Shown here: one piece after another, positions 18,512 to 28,020 of the stretch | Layout: each line of letters starts with the position of its first letter | Position numbering within the stretch: the stretch's first letter is position 1 | NCBI GenBank assembly: GCA_903900265.1 | Contig: CAIUMM010000226.1 | Location: forward strand, 6,893-70,892 | Reading direction: 5' to 3' | DNA from: an uncultured Pseudomonadota bacterium | GTDB lineage: Bacteria > Myxococcota_A > UBA796 > SXON01 | DNA length: 64,000 bases | Program-made: the position numbers and the translations under genes | Notes under the pieces: model-generated | The model's input: the letters and a program-made list of their open reading frames with translations, nothing else | The model's database searches: none | What the model was told of the DNA's origin: nothing

Positions 18512-21349
18512 GCGCAACACCTGCTCGGCGTCCGCGACGGCCCGCGCGCGCGCGCCCGGCAACCAGGTTGATGCGTCCGCGGTCCGGGCCAGCACCTGAC
18601 GCGCCGCCGTGATGCGCGTCGCCCGATTGGGATGGCCCAACGCGAGGAATACGCTCCGCAACGTGTCGGCTCCAATGCCCGGAGCCGGGAACCATTCCGG
18701 CGTGGCGAGCCGCTCCAGCAGCGCCGCCGGTAGCTCACCGGGGACCGCGCGCACAAAGGGAGCGAACGCAGTCAGATCCCGGCATTCGAGCACGATGAGT
18801 CCACGCAGCGCATCCCGCGCGATCCCCGAGACGTCCTGCTGCCGCAGCAGCCCGGCCTCGACGCGGAAGCCGACGGCGACTTCGCCCGCGAACGGCACGC
18901 CGGCGAGATCCCCGACGCTGTCAATCTCGTCGGCCAGCTGCAACGCGAGCGCCGCGTTCGACTCTTCAATCGCGAGCTCAGCGCGCTGGCAGAGCACCAG
19001 CAGACCGGGGCGCCGATCGCCCGAATCCTCCGACCGGGCCTGCGCCCGATCCAGCAGGTCGAGCGCGCGCACGGGCTTGCCGGCGATGCGCGCCAACCAC
19101 GCCAGACCACAGAGCGCCTCGACCTCGCCGCTGGCGTCCCGAGCCTCAACCGCGCGCTGGAGCAGCCGATCCGCGAGCGCCTGCGCGCGCGAGATCTCTC
19201 CCTCATCGAGGTGCAAGCGCAGCCGCGCCGTGACGACCTCCGGCCACACCGCCTCGCCCTCTGCGAGCCCGACCAGCCCTTCGGAAAGCAGGCGCGCAGC
19301 GTCCTCGCGGGCACCGAGCATCAAGCGTGCGAGCCCGCGACTCGCCAACGCGCGGGACGCCTCCGGCTGGTTTCCTTCGGCGCGAGCAGCGAGCAGCGCG
19401 CGAGCGTACGCGTCTTCGGCGCGGAGCGGCTGTCCAAGCGCGCGCAACGCATCCCCATGCACCAGATGCAGCGTACGACGCAGCCGAGCGGCTTCCTGCG
19501 GGCTCAATTGCGGCTCGGCGACCGGCGCCAGCGCCAACGCTCGCTCGCACAGGCCACGCGCCGTCATCTCGCCGCTGCGCGCACGCGCCCGGGCCGCGGC
19601 GCTGACCAAGAGCGGGTAGGCACCCACGGCATCTCCGGCTCGCAGCAGGTGACTCGCGACGCTCTCAGCCACGGTTCCAGGTCGGCGACGGTACCAGGCC
19701 TGCAGGGTCTCAGCGGCTCGGCGATGCAGCGCTACCCGCGCGGCCCCGTCGAGCGCCTCGTACACCGCCTGCTGGCGACGCGCCGGAGACAACGAGAGCG
19801 ACGTCACCGGCGGCGCGCCCTCGCTCGTGCGCGTCAACAGACCGGCGTCCGCGATGTGCGACGCCGCACCCTCCGCTGTGCCCTCGTCGCTGTCGATCAG
19901 CTGCGCGAGCAAGCCCACGGGAGCGGTCCCGAGCACCGCCATCGCCGCCGCCAGCTGCGCTGAGCGCGCCGGCAGGGCCGCGAGCCACGCGCGCGCCATC
20001 GCGACCTCGTCATCCGGGAGCGGAAGCGGGTCGCTCTGAAAGGTCTCGACCGACGCCACGGCGCGGAGCATCCCGTCCACACCGCGCTCCAGCCATCCCT
20101 GACGGACCATCGCCTGGAGCGTTCTCACCGCTGTCCCGGCTTGGCCGTCCAGCTCCCCGTGAAAGCGCCGGGCGAGATGCGCGGCTACGGCACCGTGAAT
20201 CCCGCGATCGCGCAGCAGCTCGCGCAGCTGCTCGCGGTCCAGCGCAAGCAGACTCAGCTCCGGCGCGTCCGATGCGGGCACCCCGAGGACGACGCGGACG
20301 GGCGCGTCCGCAGGTCCAAGCCCACCGCCCTCTACGTTGCCGTCGACGCGGATCGAAACCCCAAGCGCGGCCCCGAGCTCGAAGATCGCCGCGGCGGCGC
20401 GCCGGCGTCCGCTCCCCGGCGGCGCAGCGATGCGAATCGTACCGCCCTCCCCGGCGAGCGCTTGTATACGCGCGCGCACCGCTGTCAGCAGCGGCTCGCG
20501 CCCAACGAGCGCGGGGGGAGGCACGACGTCTAGCGCCGCGACCGCGTCCTCCGCCGACGCAAAACGCCGGGCCGGGTCCTTCTCAAGCAGGCGCATGCAC
20601 ACGCGCTCGACCGAGCGCGGGATGCGAGGGTCGAGGTCGGTCACCGGGCGCGGCATCTCGGTCAGGTGGCGGACCAAAAAACCCGCGATGGTGTCGGCGG
20701 CGATCGGCTTCCGTCCCGTCAGCATCAGGTAGAAGACCGCCCCGAGCCCGTAGAGATCGGTGCGCGCCGTGATCGCGTCCCCGCCGATCTGCTCGGGCGC
20801 CATGAACGCCACCGTGCCGACGAGGCGGCCGACCATGGTGAGATTGGAGCGAAAGCTGTCGTTGTCCTTCACGCCGCCGAAGTCCGCCATGTGCACATGA
20901 CCTTCCCGGTCGAGCAACACATTGGCGGGCTTGATGTCCCGGTGCACGATGCCGAGCGCGTGCATGGCCGTGAGCGCCTCGGCCATCTCCCGGAAGATCT
21001 GCACCGCACGGGCGATGCGATCGGGGGGAGGATGCGCCTCCCACGACTCAACGACCGCGGCGAGATCCGCGCCGTCCACCAGCTCCATCGCGAACCACGG
21101 CAAGCCTCCGCTGTGACCGGTGTCAAAGGCGCGCACTACGCGAGGGTGGTCCAAACGCGACAAGGTCAGGTACTCCCTCCGCATGCGCTCCTCCTCCTCT
21201 GGGGAGAGCTTCGCGGGCAGGAGCACCTTCAGCGCGGCGGGACGTCCAGAGTGCTGGTGCGTGCACCGATAGACCGCCGCCAAGCCGCCTTGTCCGATAA
21301 GCTCGTGGACGATCCAGTCGCCCACGCAAACGCCGACGTCTGGCAGCAC
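18488..21349 (-). CDS. Ser/Thr protein kinase fused to a degenerate NTPase-like region and TPR-like repeats
   Basis: Hanks kinase motifs GQGGLAAVY, ALKVL, HRDIKPANVLL, DFGG, MAPEQ. The downstream region has a P-loop-like APPGSGRRR (no Lys-Ser/Thr), then a long helical repeat region. Confidence 0.85.
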   Translation of the reverse strand: MLPDVGVCVGDWIVHELIGQGGLAAVYRCTHQHSGRPAALKVLLPAKLSPEEEERMRREYLTLSRLDHPRVVRAFDTGHSGGLPWFAMELVDGADLAAVVESWEAHPPPDRIARAVQIFREMAEALTAMHALGIVHRDIKPANVLLDREGHVHMADFGGVKDNDSFRSNLTMVGRLVGTVAFMAPEQIGGDAITARTDLYGLGAVFYLMLTGRKPIAADTIAGFLVRHLTEMPRPVTDLDPRIPRSVERVCMRLLEKDPARRFASAEDAVAALDVVPPPALVGREPLLTAVRARIQALAGEGGTIRIAAPPGSGRRRAAAAIFELGAALGVSIRVDGNVEGGGLGPADAPVRVVLGVPASDAPELSLLALDREQLRELLRDRGIHGAVAAHLARRFHGELDGQAGTAVRTLQAMVRQGWLERGVDGMLRAVASVETFQSDPLPLPDDEVAMARAWLAALPARSAQLAAAMAVLGTAPVGLLAQLIDSDEGTAEGAASHIADAGLLTRTSEGAPPVTSLSLSPARRQQAVYEALDGAARVALHRRAAETLQAWYRRRPGTVAESVASHLLRAGDAVGAYPLLVSAAARARARSGEMTARGLCERALALAPVAEPQLSPQEAARLRRTLHLVHGDALRALGQPLRAEDAYARALLAARAEGNQPEASRALASRGLARLMLGAREDAARLLSEGLVGLAEGEAVWPEVVTARLRLHLDEGEISRAQALADRLLQRAVEARDASGEVEALCGLAWLARIAGKPVRALDLLDRAQARSEDSGDRRPGLLVLCQRAELAIEESNAALALQLADEIDSVGDLAGVPFAGEVAVGFRVEAGLLRQQDVSGIARDALRGLIVLECRDLTAFAPFVRAVPGELPAALLERLATPEWFPAPGIGADTLRSVFLALGHPNRATRITAARQVLARTADASTWLPGARARAVADAEQVLRSEPPVEA

Positions 21350-21389
21350 AGCACTCAGAATGAACCTCCGTCCTCGGAAGGTAACGGGC

Positions 21390-24300
21390 TCAGCCGTGTA
21401 TGGGTTGCAACCAATCCACGTCGAGGAACCGTTCGCCGTCTTCCCGACCGAGATTGGCCGCGAGCGAGCGCGCGAGCGCGTCGGCCACGCGACGATGCCG
21501 CGCCACGGCAGCTTCGTCGGTCGCGTGCTGAGCGGCCAGACAATGCCCCTTCAAACTATAGTATCGAAACCCAGCCGCGTCCGCGCGACGGATCGCGCTC
21601 TCGCCACGCCGCGTCGCCTCCCCGTGATCCCCGAGCTCCGCGTAGACCCGCGCGAGCGAGAGATCCAGACGGCATTCCTGATAGGGCCAGCGGGTGCCCG
21701 GATGGTCGAGCGCCTCCTGAAGCAGCAGATGCGCCAAGGTCCGGTCCTTGTCATGGGCCGCGAGACGGGCGCGCCAAGCGAGCAACAACGGCGAAAACCC
21801 CTCCGTGTCGTGCCGCGCCATCAGCGGCTCCAGCTGCGCGATCGACTTCCGCACCAGCTCGTAATCGGCGAGCGCCCACCCCGCGCGGATCACCGATACG
21901 TGAACCACGACCTCTTCGTCCCGGTCGTCGAGCGACCGAGCGATCTCCATCGCCGCGTTCGCCTCGGCCAGTGCTTCGGTGTAACGCCCAAGATCGACGA
22001 GCAGCAGGGACTTATGGTGACGCCCACGCGCCATTCCCAGCGGGTGGTGGGTCTCTCGCGCGAGCTGGCAGGTCTTCTCCGCGAGCTCGAGCCCGCGGCG
22101 GAGGTTGCCGGTGAAGTGGTGGATCTCCACGAGGTTGACGCGGGCCATGGACAGCGGCCCCAACATACCGACGCGCTCAAAAACCTCGGCAGACTGTTCA
22201 AAATAGCGGCGCGCCTCGCCCGCTTGTCCCCGACACAGCGCGACCAGACCGAGGCCGTTGTAGCCCCATCCGAGGCTACGATCGTCGCGCACGCTCTCCC
22301 CGACCGCGAGCGCTTCTACCCAGTACCGACGGGCTCCTTCGAGGTCTCCCCGCGCCCAATGCACGCCGCCCAGACCATGCAGCGGCATCACGCGCAGCGT
22401 AGGGTCGCTCACGCGCTCCGCGAGGCGCAGCGCCTCGCGATGGTCCGTCTCGGCAGCGGCGATGTCCCCGTCATGGCGCCAACGCTTTCCGCGCGCGGTG
22501 TACACGCGGGCCAGCAAGCGCTCGTCGGAGATCTCCTTCCCCAGCTCGACGGCCTGCTCCAGCGCCTGCCCGACCTCGGCCCAGCGCCCCAGATGTTCGA
22601 GCGCTTCGGCGCGCTGCAGCAGCGTCTCGGCGAGCAGACGATCCGCGTCGTCCAACGTGATGTACTCGCGGGCATCGGGCTCGATGTTCAACGCGCGGTC
22701 CAGATAGCCGAGCGCCTCGGCCACGAAGGACCGCCCCAGCAGACGCTGACCGGCGCGGAGCAAGTAACTGTACGCTTTACCCGGGACTTCTCCCTGCTCA
22801 AAGTGCCACGCGAGCGCCTCGACCACGAGGTTCGCGCGACGCCGGAAGGTGCGCTCCAGCGCCTCGCCGATGCGCCGATGGTACTGAACCCGGGCGATCG
22901 GGGGCACCTCGGCCTGCAGCAGATCCCGCACACGCGCCTGGGAGAGATCGATGTGCTCTTCGCCCTCCACACGGCGCTCCCGCACCAAGCCCGCGTCGAT
23001 GAGCTCGTCCACCGCCGTCAAGATCGCGTGCTCATCCAGCAACGACGCCGCGGACAGCAGCGCTAAGGTCATCTCTTGGTTTCCTACCGCGAGGACATGG
23101 GCGATCTCCCGGGCATTGACGGTCAGCGCGTCGATGCGGGTGACGAGGCCCGCTCGGACCGAGCGCGGGATGGGCAGCGCGATGCGCTGCACCGTGGCTT
23201 CATCAATCGCGAGTCGGGCGCGGCCCTCGATCGGCCGGATCGTGCCTTGCTCGACGAGCCCCCGGATCATCTCGTTGATGAACGCAGGATTTCCCTCACC
23301 TTCTTTATGAAGCCGCCGCGCCAGCACACGCGCCGGACCATCATCTGGCAGCAGCGCCAGCACCAATTCCTCGACCGCCGCCGGGCTCAATGGCCGCAAC
23401 GGAAGAAGGACCGGCGTGACACCGGTGTTCGCCCCGCTGCGCAGGCCCTCGAAGCGCTCATCGGACGCGCCTGGAGCGCGGGTGAGCAACCAGACGAGCG
23501 GCTCCGACGCGAGGCTGAGCGTGTTGCGCACCAGATATTCGATGAGCTCCACGCCGACGTCGTCCGCCTCATGGGCGTCTTCGATGACGATCAGTCGCGG
23601 AGGCGAGTTGCTCAACATCTCGCGGAACGCCGCGTAGACCCCGTAGCGCTCGATCTTGTCCTCGGCCTCGAGGCCGTAGAGCTGCTGCAAGGTGCGCGGC
23701 ACCTGCACCGTCTCGCGGCGCAAGGTCTCCACCAGGCTTGCAAATGAGGCCAGCGGGCCACCGGCGCCGCTCGCGCGGATCTTCAGCGTAGCGACGCCGC
23801 TGCTCCGCGCCAGATCACGCGCGAGGCGCGCCATGCGGGACTTGCCCAGCCCCGGAGCGCCCTCAACCAGCACGATCGACCCTTTGCCCTCGCGCGCCGC
23901 GGCGACGAGTTGGCCCAAAACCGCGGACTCCTCCGCCCGCGCGACCAGCACCGGAGGCCAGGAGCCGTCATCAAACTGCAGCGCGCCGGCATCCGCCCCC
24001 TCAAGCACATGCAGCAGGTGCGTAGCGCTGGCGAACCGATCACCCGGCTCTTTTTGAAGCAGACGCAAGCAAATGTCCTCCAGCTCCGGCGGCACGGAGG
24101 GCGCCAGCTCCCGCGGCGGTCGCGGCGGGCGATGCAGATGCTTGTCCAGATACCCAGCCAGCGTGCGCGCGTTGAACGGCCGCCGTCCCGTTAGCATCAA
24201 GTAGAGCACGGCCCCTAAGGAGTACAGATCGGTGCGCGCGTCGATGCGCTCGCCGTTGATCTGCTCGGGCGCGATGTAAGCAACCGTCCCTAAGACCTCC

Positions 24301-24884
24301 CCGTGGGCGGTGAACTCGGTGACGCCCGACTCTTTCACCACGCCGAAGTCCATCAACTTTACCGTTCCATCCGGCAACAGCATGATGTTGGCGGGCGTGA
24401 CATCCCGGTGCACCAAGCCCCGCAGGTGCACGTACTCCAAGGCGCGCGCCACTTGAATCAGCACCTGCCGCACGCGCTCAAAACGCTCCGCCGCAGGCAG
24501 CTCCTGCCACTGCTCTACGGCGACGCGGAGATCCTGCCCGTCGACGATCTCCATGACAAAGTAGGGTCTGCCCTCGCTCTTGTCGTGGTCACCGGGCGCC
24601 TCGGTTTGGGCGCCCCCGGGACGTTCTCCTGCGTCTACGCCCGTCCACCATCCCCAGTCGTAAACCATGGTGATGTTCGGGTGATGCAGCTTCGATAGCG
24701 CGCGGAACTCGCGACGAAACCGACGTTCAACCTCTTCGGCGCTCCCGGTGGGATTCATCAACTTGATCGCCCGCCGCTCGCCGGTCTCGGGCCATCGCGC
24801 CTCGTAGACCGAAGCCATCCCGCCGCGCCCAAGCAGGCGCACCACATCCCAGCCGCCAACCCGACTCCCGGGAGCCGGATCCAT
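21390..24884 (-). CDS. Ser/Thr protein kinase fused to AAA/STAND-type NTPase and TPR repeats
   Basis: Track ORF 21390..25202; start at ATG 24884 (MDPAPGSRVGGWDVVRLLGRGGMASVYEA). HRDVTPANIML, DFGVVKE, YIAPEQ. Intact Walker A GAPGLGKS and Walker B-like LIVIEDAHEAD. C-terminal TPR-like repeats. Confidence 0.85.
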   Translation of the reverse strand: MDPAPGSRVGGWDVVRLLGRGGMASVYEARWPETGERRAIKLMNPTGSAEEVERRFRREFRALSKLHHPNITMVYDWGWWTGVDAGERPGGAQTEAPGDHDKSEGRPYFVMEIVDGQDLRVAVEQWQELPAAERFERVRQVLIQVARALEYVHLRGLVHRDVTPANIMLLPDGTVKLMDFGVVKESGVTEFTAHGEVLGTVAYIAPEQINGERIDARTDLYSLGAVLYLMLTGRRPFNARTLAGYLDKHLHRPPRPPRELAPSVPPELEDICLRLLQKEPGDRFASATHLLHVLEGADAGALQFDDGSWPPVLVARAEESAVLGQLVAAAREGKGSIVLVEGAPGLGKSRMARLARDLARSSGVATLKIRASGAGGPLASFASLVETLRRETVQVPRTLQQLYGLEAEDKIERYGVYAAFREMLSNSPPRLIVIEDAHEADDVGVELIEYLVRNTLSLASEPLVWLLTRAPGASDERFEGLRSGANTGVTPVLLPLRPLSPAAVEELVLALLPDDGPARVLARRLHKEGEGNPAFINEMIRGLVEQGTIRPIEGRARLAIDEATVQRIALPIPRSVRAGLVTRIDALTVNAREIAHVLAVGNQEMTLALLSAASLLDEHAILTAVDELIDAGLVRERRVEGEEHIDLSQARVRDLLQAEVPPIARVQYHRRIGEALERTFRRRANLVVEALAWHFEQGEVPGKAYSYLLRAGQRLLGRSFVAEALGYLDRALNIEPDAREYITLDDADRLLAETLLQRAEALEHLGRWAEVGQALEQAVELGKEISDERLLARVYTARGKRWRHDGDIAAAETDHREALRLAERVSDPTLRVMPLHGLGGVHWARGDLEGARRYWVEALAVGESVRDDRSLGWGYNGLGLVALCRGQAGEARRYFEQSAEVFERVGMLGPLSMARVNLVEIHHFTGNLRRGLELAEKTCQLARETHHPLGMARGRHHKSLLLVDLGRYTEALAEANAAMEIARSLDDRDEEVVVHVSVIRAGWALADYELVRKSIAQLEPLMARHDTEGFSPLLLAWRARLAAHDKDRTLAHLLLQEALDHPGTRWPYQECRLDLSLARVYAELGDHGEATRRGESAIRRADAAGFRYYSLKGHCLAAQHATDEAAVARHRRVADALARSLAANLGREDGERFLDVDWLQPIHG

Positions 24885-25038
24885 CAACGTGGCGGACTTG
24901 GCAGCGACCTCGATCACCCGTTCATCTCCCTTTCCCTCCCATTCTATACTCCCGACGACGAGTCTGCTGCTCGGGTTCTCCACCGGCTGAACACCCAGCC
25001 GGCTGGAGGCGCGATATGCTGAGCCAAAGGAGTTGTTG

Positions 25039-25800
25039 ATGAAGCTCGAGGCATTTGCATGGACCGACCCGGGGCCGGTGCGCGAGAACAACGAAGACAG
25101 CTTCTTTGTAGAAGAAGACGGCGGGCTGTTCGTCGTCGCCGACGGCATGGGTGGCCACGCCGCGGGTGAAGTTGCGTCTCGAATCGCCGTCGAAACCCTC
25201 AAAGAGCTGCTTCAAGGCTCATTGGACCCGGAGGAGACCCGCCTCGAGCGCGACGTGCAGGACCCCGCGGATGTGTTGCGCGAGCGGCTGCGCTACGCGA
25301 TGAATCAGGCCAGCGCCAAGATTCGGCGGGAAGCCCAGATGAACCCTGCGTATTCAGGAATGGGGACAACGCTCTGCGTGCTGATGATCGAAGGGGACGC
25401 CGCCCACATCGCCCACGTGGGCGATTCGCGCATCTACCTCGTTCGCGAGGGTGAGATCCATCGCCTGACCCGCGATCACACCGTTGTTCAGCAGGAGATC
25501 GACGCCGGACGGCTCACGCCCGAGATGGCGCGCCAGGTTCCCCACCGCAACTACCTGACCCAATCGGTCGGGTACCATGGCCCCGTGGAGCCCGACACCG
25601 CCACCCGCCCCATTCAAGCAGGGGACCTCTTCGTGCTCTGCAGCGATGGTCTGACCGATCCGCTCGATGACCCGCAGATCGCCGAGATCTGCGCGCAGGC
25701 GCACCCGAACGACCTCGCGGAGACGCTCGTGCGCGCGGCGCTCGACGGCGGCGGCGAAGACAACATCACCGTCATCACGGTGCGCGTCGTCGAGGACTGA
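25039..25800 (+). CDS. PP2C-family Ser/Thr protein phosphatase
   Basis: AGGAG 6 nt upstream of ATG 25039. Motifs RENNEDSF, VADGMGGHAAGEVAS, LCSDGL, GGEDNITV. Confidence 0.92.
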   Translation: MKLEAFAWTDPGPVRENNEDSFFVEEDGGLFVVADGMGGHAAGEVASRIAVETLKELLQGSLDPEETRLERDVQDPADVLRERLRYAMNQASAKIRREAQMNPAYSGMGTTLCVLMIEGDAAHIAHVGDSRIYLVREGEIHRLTRDHTVVQQEIDAGRLTPEMARQVPHRNYLTQSVGYHGPVEPDTATRPIQAGDLFVLCSDGLTDPLDDPQIAEICAQAHPNDLAETLVRAALDGGGEDNITVITVRVVED

Positions 25801-25812
25801 AGGCTACCCGAC

Positions 25813-28014
25813 GTGCTCGACCTGCTCATGACGCTGCTGCCCGAGGGGCTTCGTGCCCGCGCGCGGGAGCTCCAAGAGGCCCACCTCGCGTCTGCAGGAG
25901 CGCCAGATTCCGAGCTGCCGGCGTCCGCAGACGAGCAGCACTGGAAGCTCGCTGCGTCCGGCGACTATGCCAACGCAGACCGGCTCGGGCTGTACGAACG
26001 GCACGTGCGCAGCCCGTTCACCGCGTGGTTGGCGGTCGCCACCCTGCACAAGAGCGCCACAAAGGGACCCCGGTGGGAGATCGAATACCGGGTCATGGCG
26101 ATGCTCGGGCGCATCGGTCCGGAACTTTTTGAGCCTTTGACGGTTTTTTTACCTCTGTTCCCCGTTTGGGCGACGGCAGGGATCCTGCAGGGCGTTGACA
26201 CCGTAGACGCGCACCAACCGTTCACGCCCGCCTTCCTCGACGCCGTGGCCGATTGCCTCCTTAGCTCCTCCGCGAACGCTCGAAAAAACGCGTACCAATT
26301 GCTCGCGCGGCGCGGACGAGAAGGCGAACAGGCCGTCGCGCGACTTCGTGCCCGCATCACCCCGACGCAAGCCGCGCGACTCGATGAACGTCTCTCGCCG
26401 GCCTCCGCCCGTCGGACGTCCTCGGGGACGCTCGCCGGCGCGCTCGCAGCCCTCGAGCGGGGAGACGACACGGGCGCCGTCGCCGATCTGCTCGCCGTTT
26501 GGAGCCTTCGCAGGCTGCGCAGCCTCGAACCCTGGATCCTGACGCTGAGCGAGAGCACCACCCCGATCGAGCTCCCGAGCGGGTTGACCGCGGAGGAGCG
26601 GGAGCGCGCGTGGGCAGCCTACTGGCTGACGGAACCGCTGCAGCGCAGCCACCTGCTGCTCGTCCCGTGGCCTTCAAACTGGCGGTTGGCGCAGCTGCGC
26701 GTGGGCGCGATGCTGGAGGGGCCCGACCCTCGAACACCCGAAGCGCTGGTCGCGTTGTACGGCGCATATACCTCGGGAACTTCGTACCCCTTCTGGCGCG
26801 CAGCGGCGCGGGTGCTCGGCGAGCAGGGAGACGCCCGCCACATCGCAGCAGCCACTCGTCTGGCGCAATCGCGCGTCCGAGCTGGCCCATCCGCGTTTCG
26901 AGCGCTGCTGCGCGGCGAGCCGGTCTCCGCGCGAAGCGCGTCGATCGCGCCGGAGCCCGAAGAAGAGCTGCTGCTCGACCGCATCGGGCAGCGCGTCCAG
27001 AGCCGGAGGCAGAGCTTGGCCTCTCGCGGTCCCAGCTTGAAGGACCTCGAAGACCTGCTGGCCGGTGTCTACGCCGATCCCGAGAGCGATGAAGCCCGCG
27101 CGGTCTACGCGGATGCGCTCTCCGCGGCGAACAACCCCCGCGGCGAGTTCATTCATCTGCAGCTCGAGATCGCCCGGCGCACCGCAGCCGCGGGTCCGAA
27201 TCCCCCGGACACGGCTTCGCTTGAGCGCTCGGCCAAGATCCTGCTCAACAAGCACGGCGAGCGATGGGTAGACGGGGTCGATCGCGCGTTGCTGAAGTCA
27301 AGGCGCGTTTTCCATCGAGGGTTCCTGACGCGCGGCTTCTGGGGGGACGTCGGGACGACGATGTCGCATCCCGCATGGCGCCTCATCGACACGTTCTGTG
27401 TCGCTGGGTACCCGCATCACGCAATCCAGCGCTTGTGTGAGGCCGAGCACCTCACTCGCATCCGGGCGCTGTACGGCATCGATGTGTATCGGCTCCCTGA
27501 GCTGTTCAGCACGCGCTACCCCGAACAACTGATCACGCTCGGGCTCATGGCGAGGCCCAGCACCCTGCCCACGCCGCAACGGTTTCCGAACGTGCGCCAC
27601 CTCGCGCTGGTCCAAGATCGGGCGATCGGCTTCTCGGAGGAGACGCTGCGGGCGTGGCCCAAGGTTGAAACGTGGACCTTCTACCATGGGCCCGAGTACG
27701 TCGAAGAGATGACGCGTTGGCGCCCCCCCGCTGCGGTGACATCGGTCACCAACACCGCGAGCGCCGGCGACCTCGGGCCGGATCCGGCGGGCTGGACCGC
27801 GACGCTGACGCCGTCCTCCGACGGGCGGCTGCGCTGCGTAGAGCTGCGGTGGTACGGCGGTAACGAATGGGAGCGACGTCGGCTGCTGCCCATGCTGGGT
27901 GCGTTCACCGAGCTGCAGTCATTGGTGGTGCACGCCCCGCGGAGCCTCACCGCCGAAGAGCGGGAGACCGCACAGGTCGAGGTCGCGCGCCTGAATGGCG
28001 TGTGGGCGGAGTAG
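25813..28014 (+). CDS. hypothetical protein with internal TIGR02996-type repeat-companion motif and leucine-rich C-terminal region
   Basis: 733 aa. LLAGVYADPESDEARAVYADALSAANNPRGEFIHLQLEIAR matches the Gemmata/myxobacterial motif (...DD..RLVYADWLEE.GDPRGEFI.LQ) as I remember it. The start lies 13 nt after the PP2C stop. Confidence 0.65.
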   Translation: MLDLLMTLLPEGLRARARELQEAHLASAGAPDSELPASADEQHWKLAASGDYANADRLGLYERHVRSPFTAWLAVATLHKSATKGPRWEIEYRVMAMLGRIGPELFEPLTVFLPLFPVWATAGILQGVDTVDAHQPFTPAFLDAVADCLLSSSANARKNAYQLLARRGREGEQAVARLRARITPTQAARLDERLSPASARRTSSGTLAGALAALERGDDTGAVADLLAVWSLRRLRSLEPWILTLSESTTPIELPSGLTAEERERAWAAYWLTEPLQRSHLLLVPWPSNWRLAQLRVGAMLEGPDPRTPEALVALYGAYTSGTSYPFWRAAARVLGEQGDARHIAAATRLAQSRVRAGPSAFRALLRGEPVSARSASIAPEPEEELLLDRIGQRVQSRRQSLASRGPSLKDLEDLLAGVYADPESDEARAVYADALSAANNPRGEFIHLQLEIARRTAAAGPNPPDTASLERSAKILLNKHGERWVDGVDRALLKSRRVFHRGFLTRGFWGDVGTTMSHPAWRLIDTFCVAGYPHHAIQRLCEAEHLTRIRALYGIDVYRLPELFSTRYPEQLITLGLMARPSTLPTPQRFPNVRHLALVQDRAIGFSEETLRAWPKVETWTFYHGPEYVEEMTRWRPPAAVTSVTNTASAGDLGPDPAGWTATLTPSSDGRLRCVELRWYGGNEWERRRLLPMLGAFTELQSLVVHAPRSLTAEERETAQVEVARLNGVWAE

Positions 28015-28020
28015 CCGAGC

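Noticed and set aside
21360-23066. 568-aa + strand ORF
   Set aside because: It is antisense to the kinase-NTPase-TPR gene 21390..24884, with no motifs and shadow-ORF composition.
24885-25202. Long N-terminal extensions in the ORF track (also 47242-47760, 59813-60196, 63153-63926, 55223-55426, 30726-31061)
   Set aside because: The extensions overlap upstream genes or divergent promoters, are Arg/Pro-rich, and precede much better start sites (RBS, signal peptide, or a 4-nt overlap with the upstream stop).
18488-25800. Reading the STAND-like kinases plus PP2C as an antiphage defence island
   Set aside because: Kinase-AAA-TPR proteins and PP2C are abundant housekeeping signalling genes in Myxococcota. 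The flanks are core genes and there is no effector nuclease, TIR, Sir2 or mobile-element hallmark. I cannot support a defence call from sequence alone.
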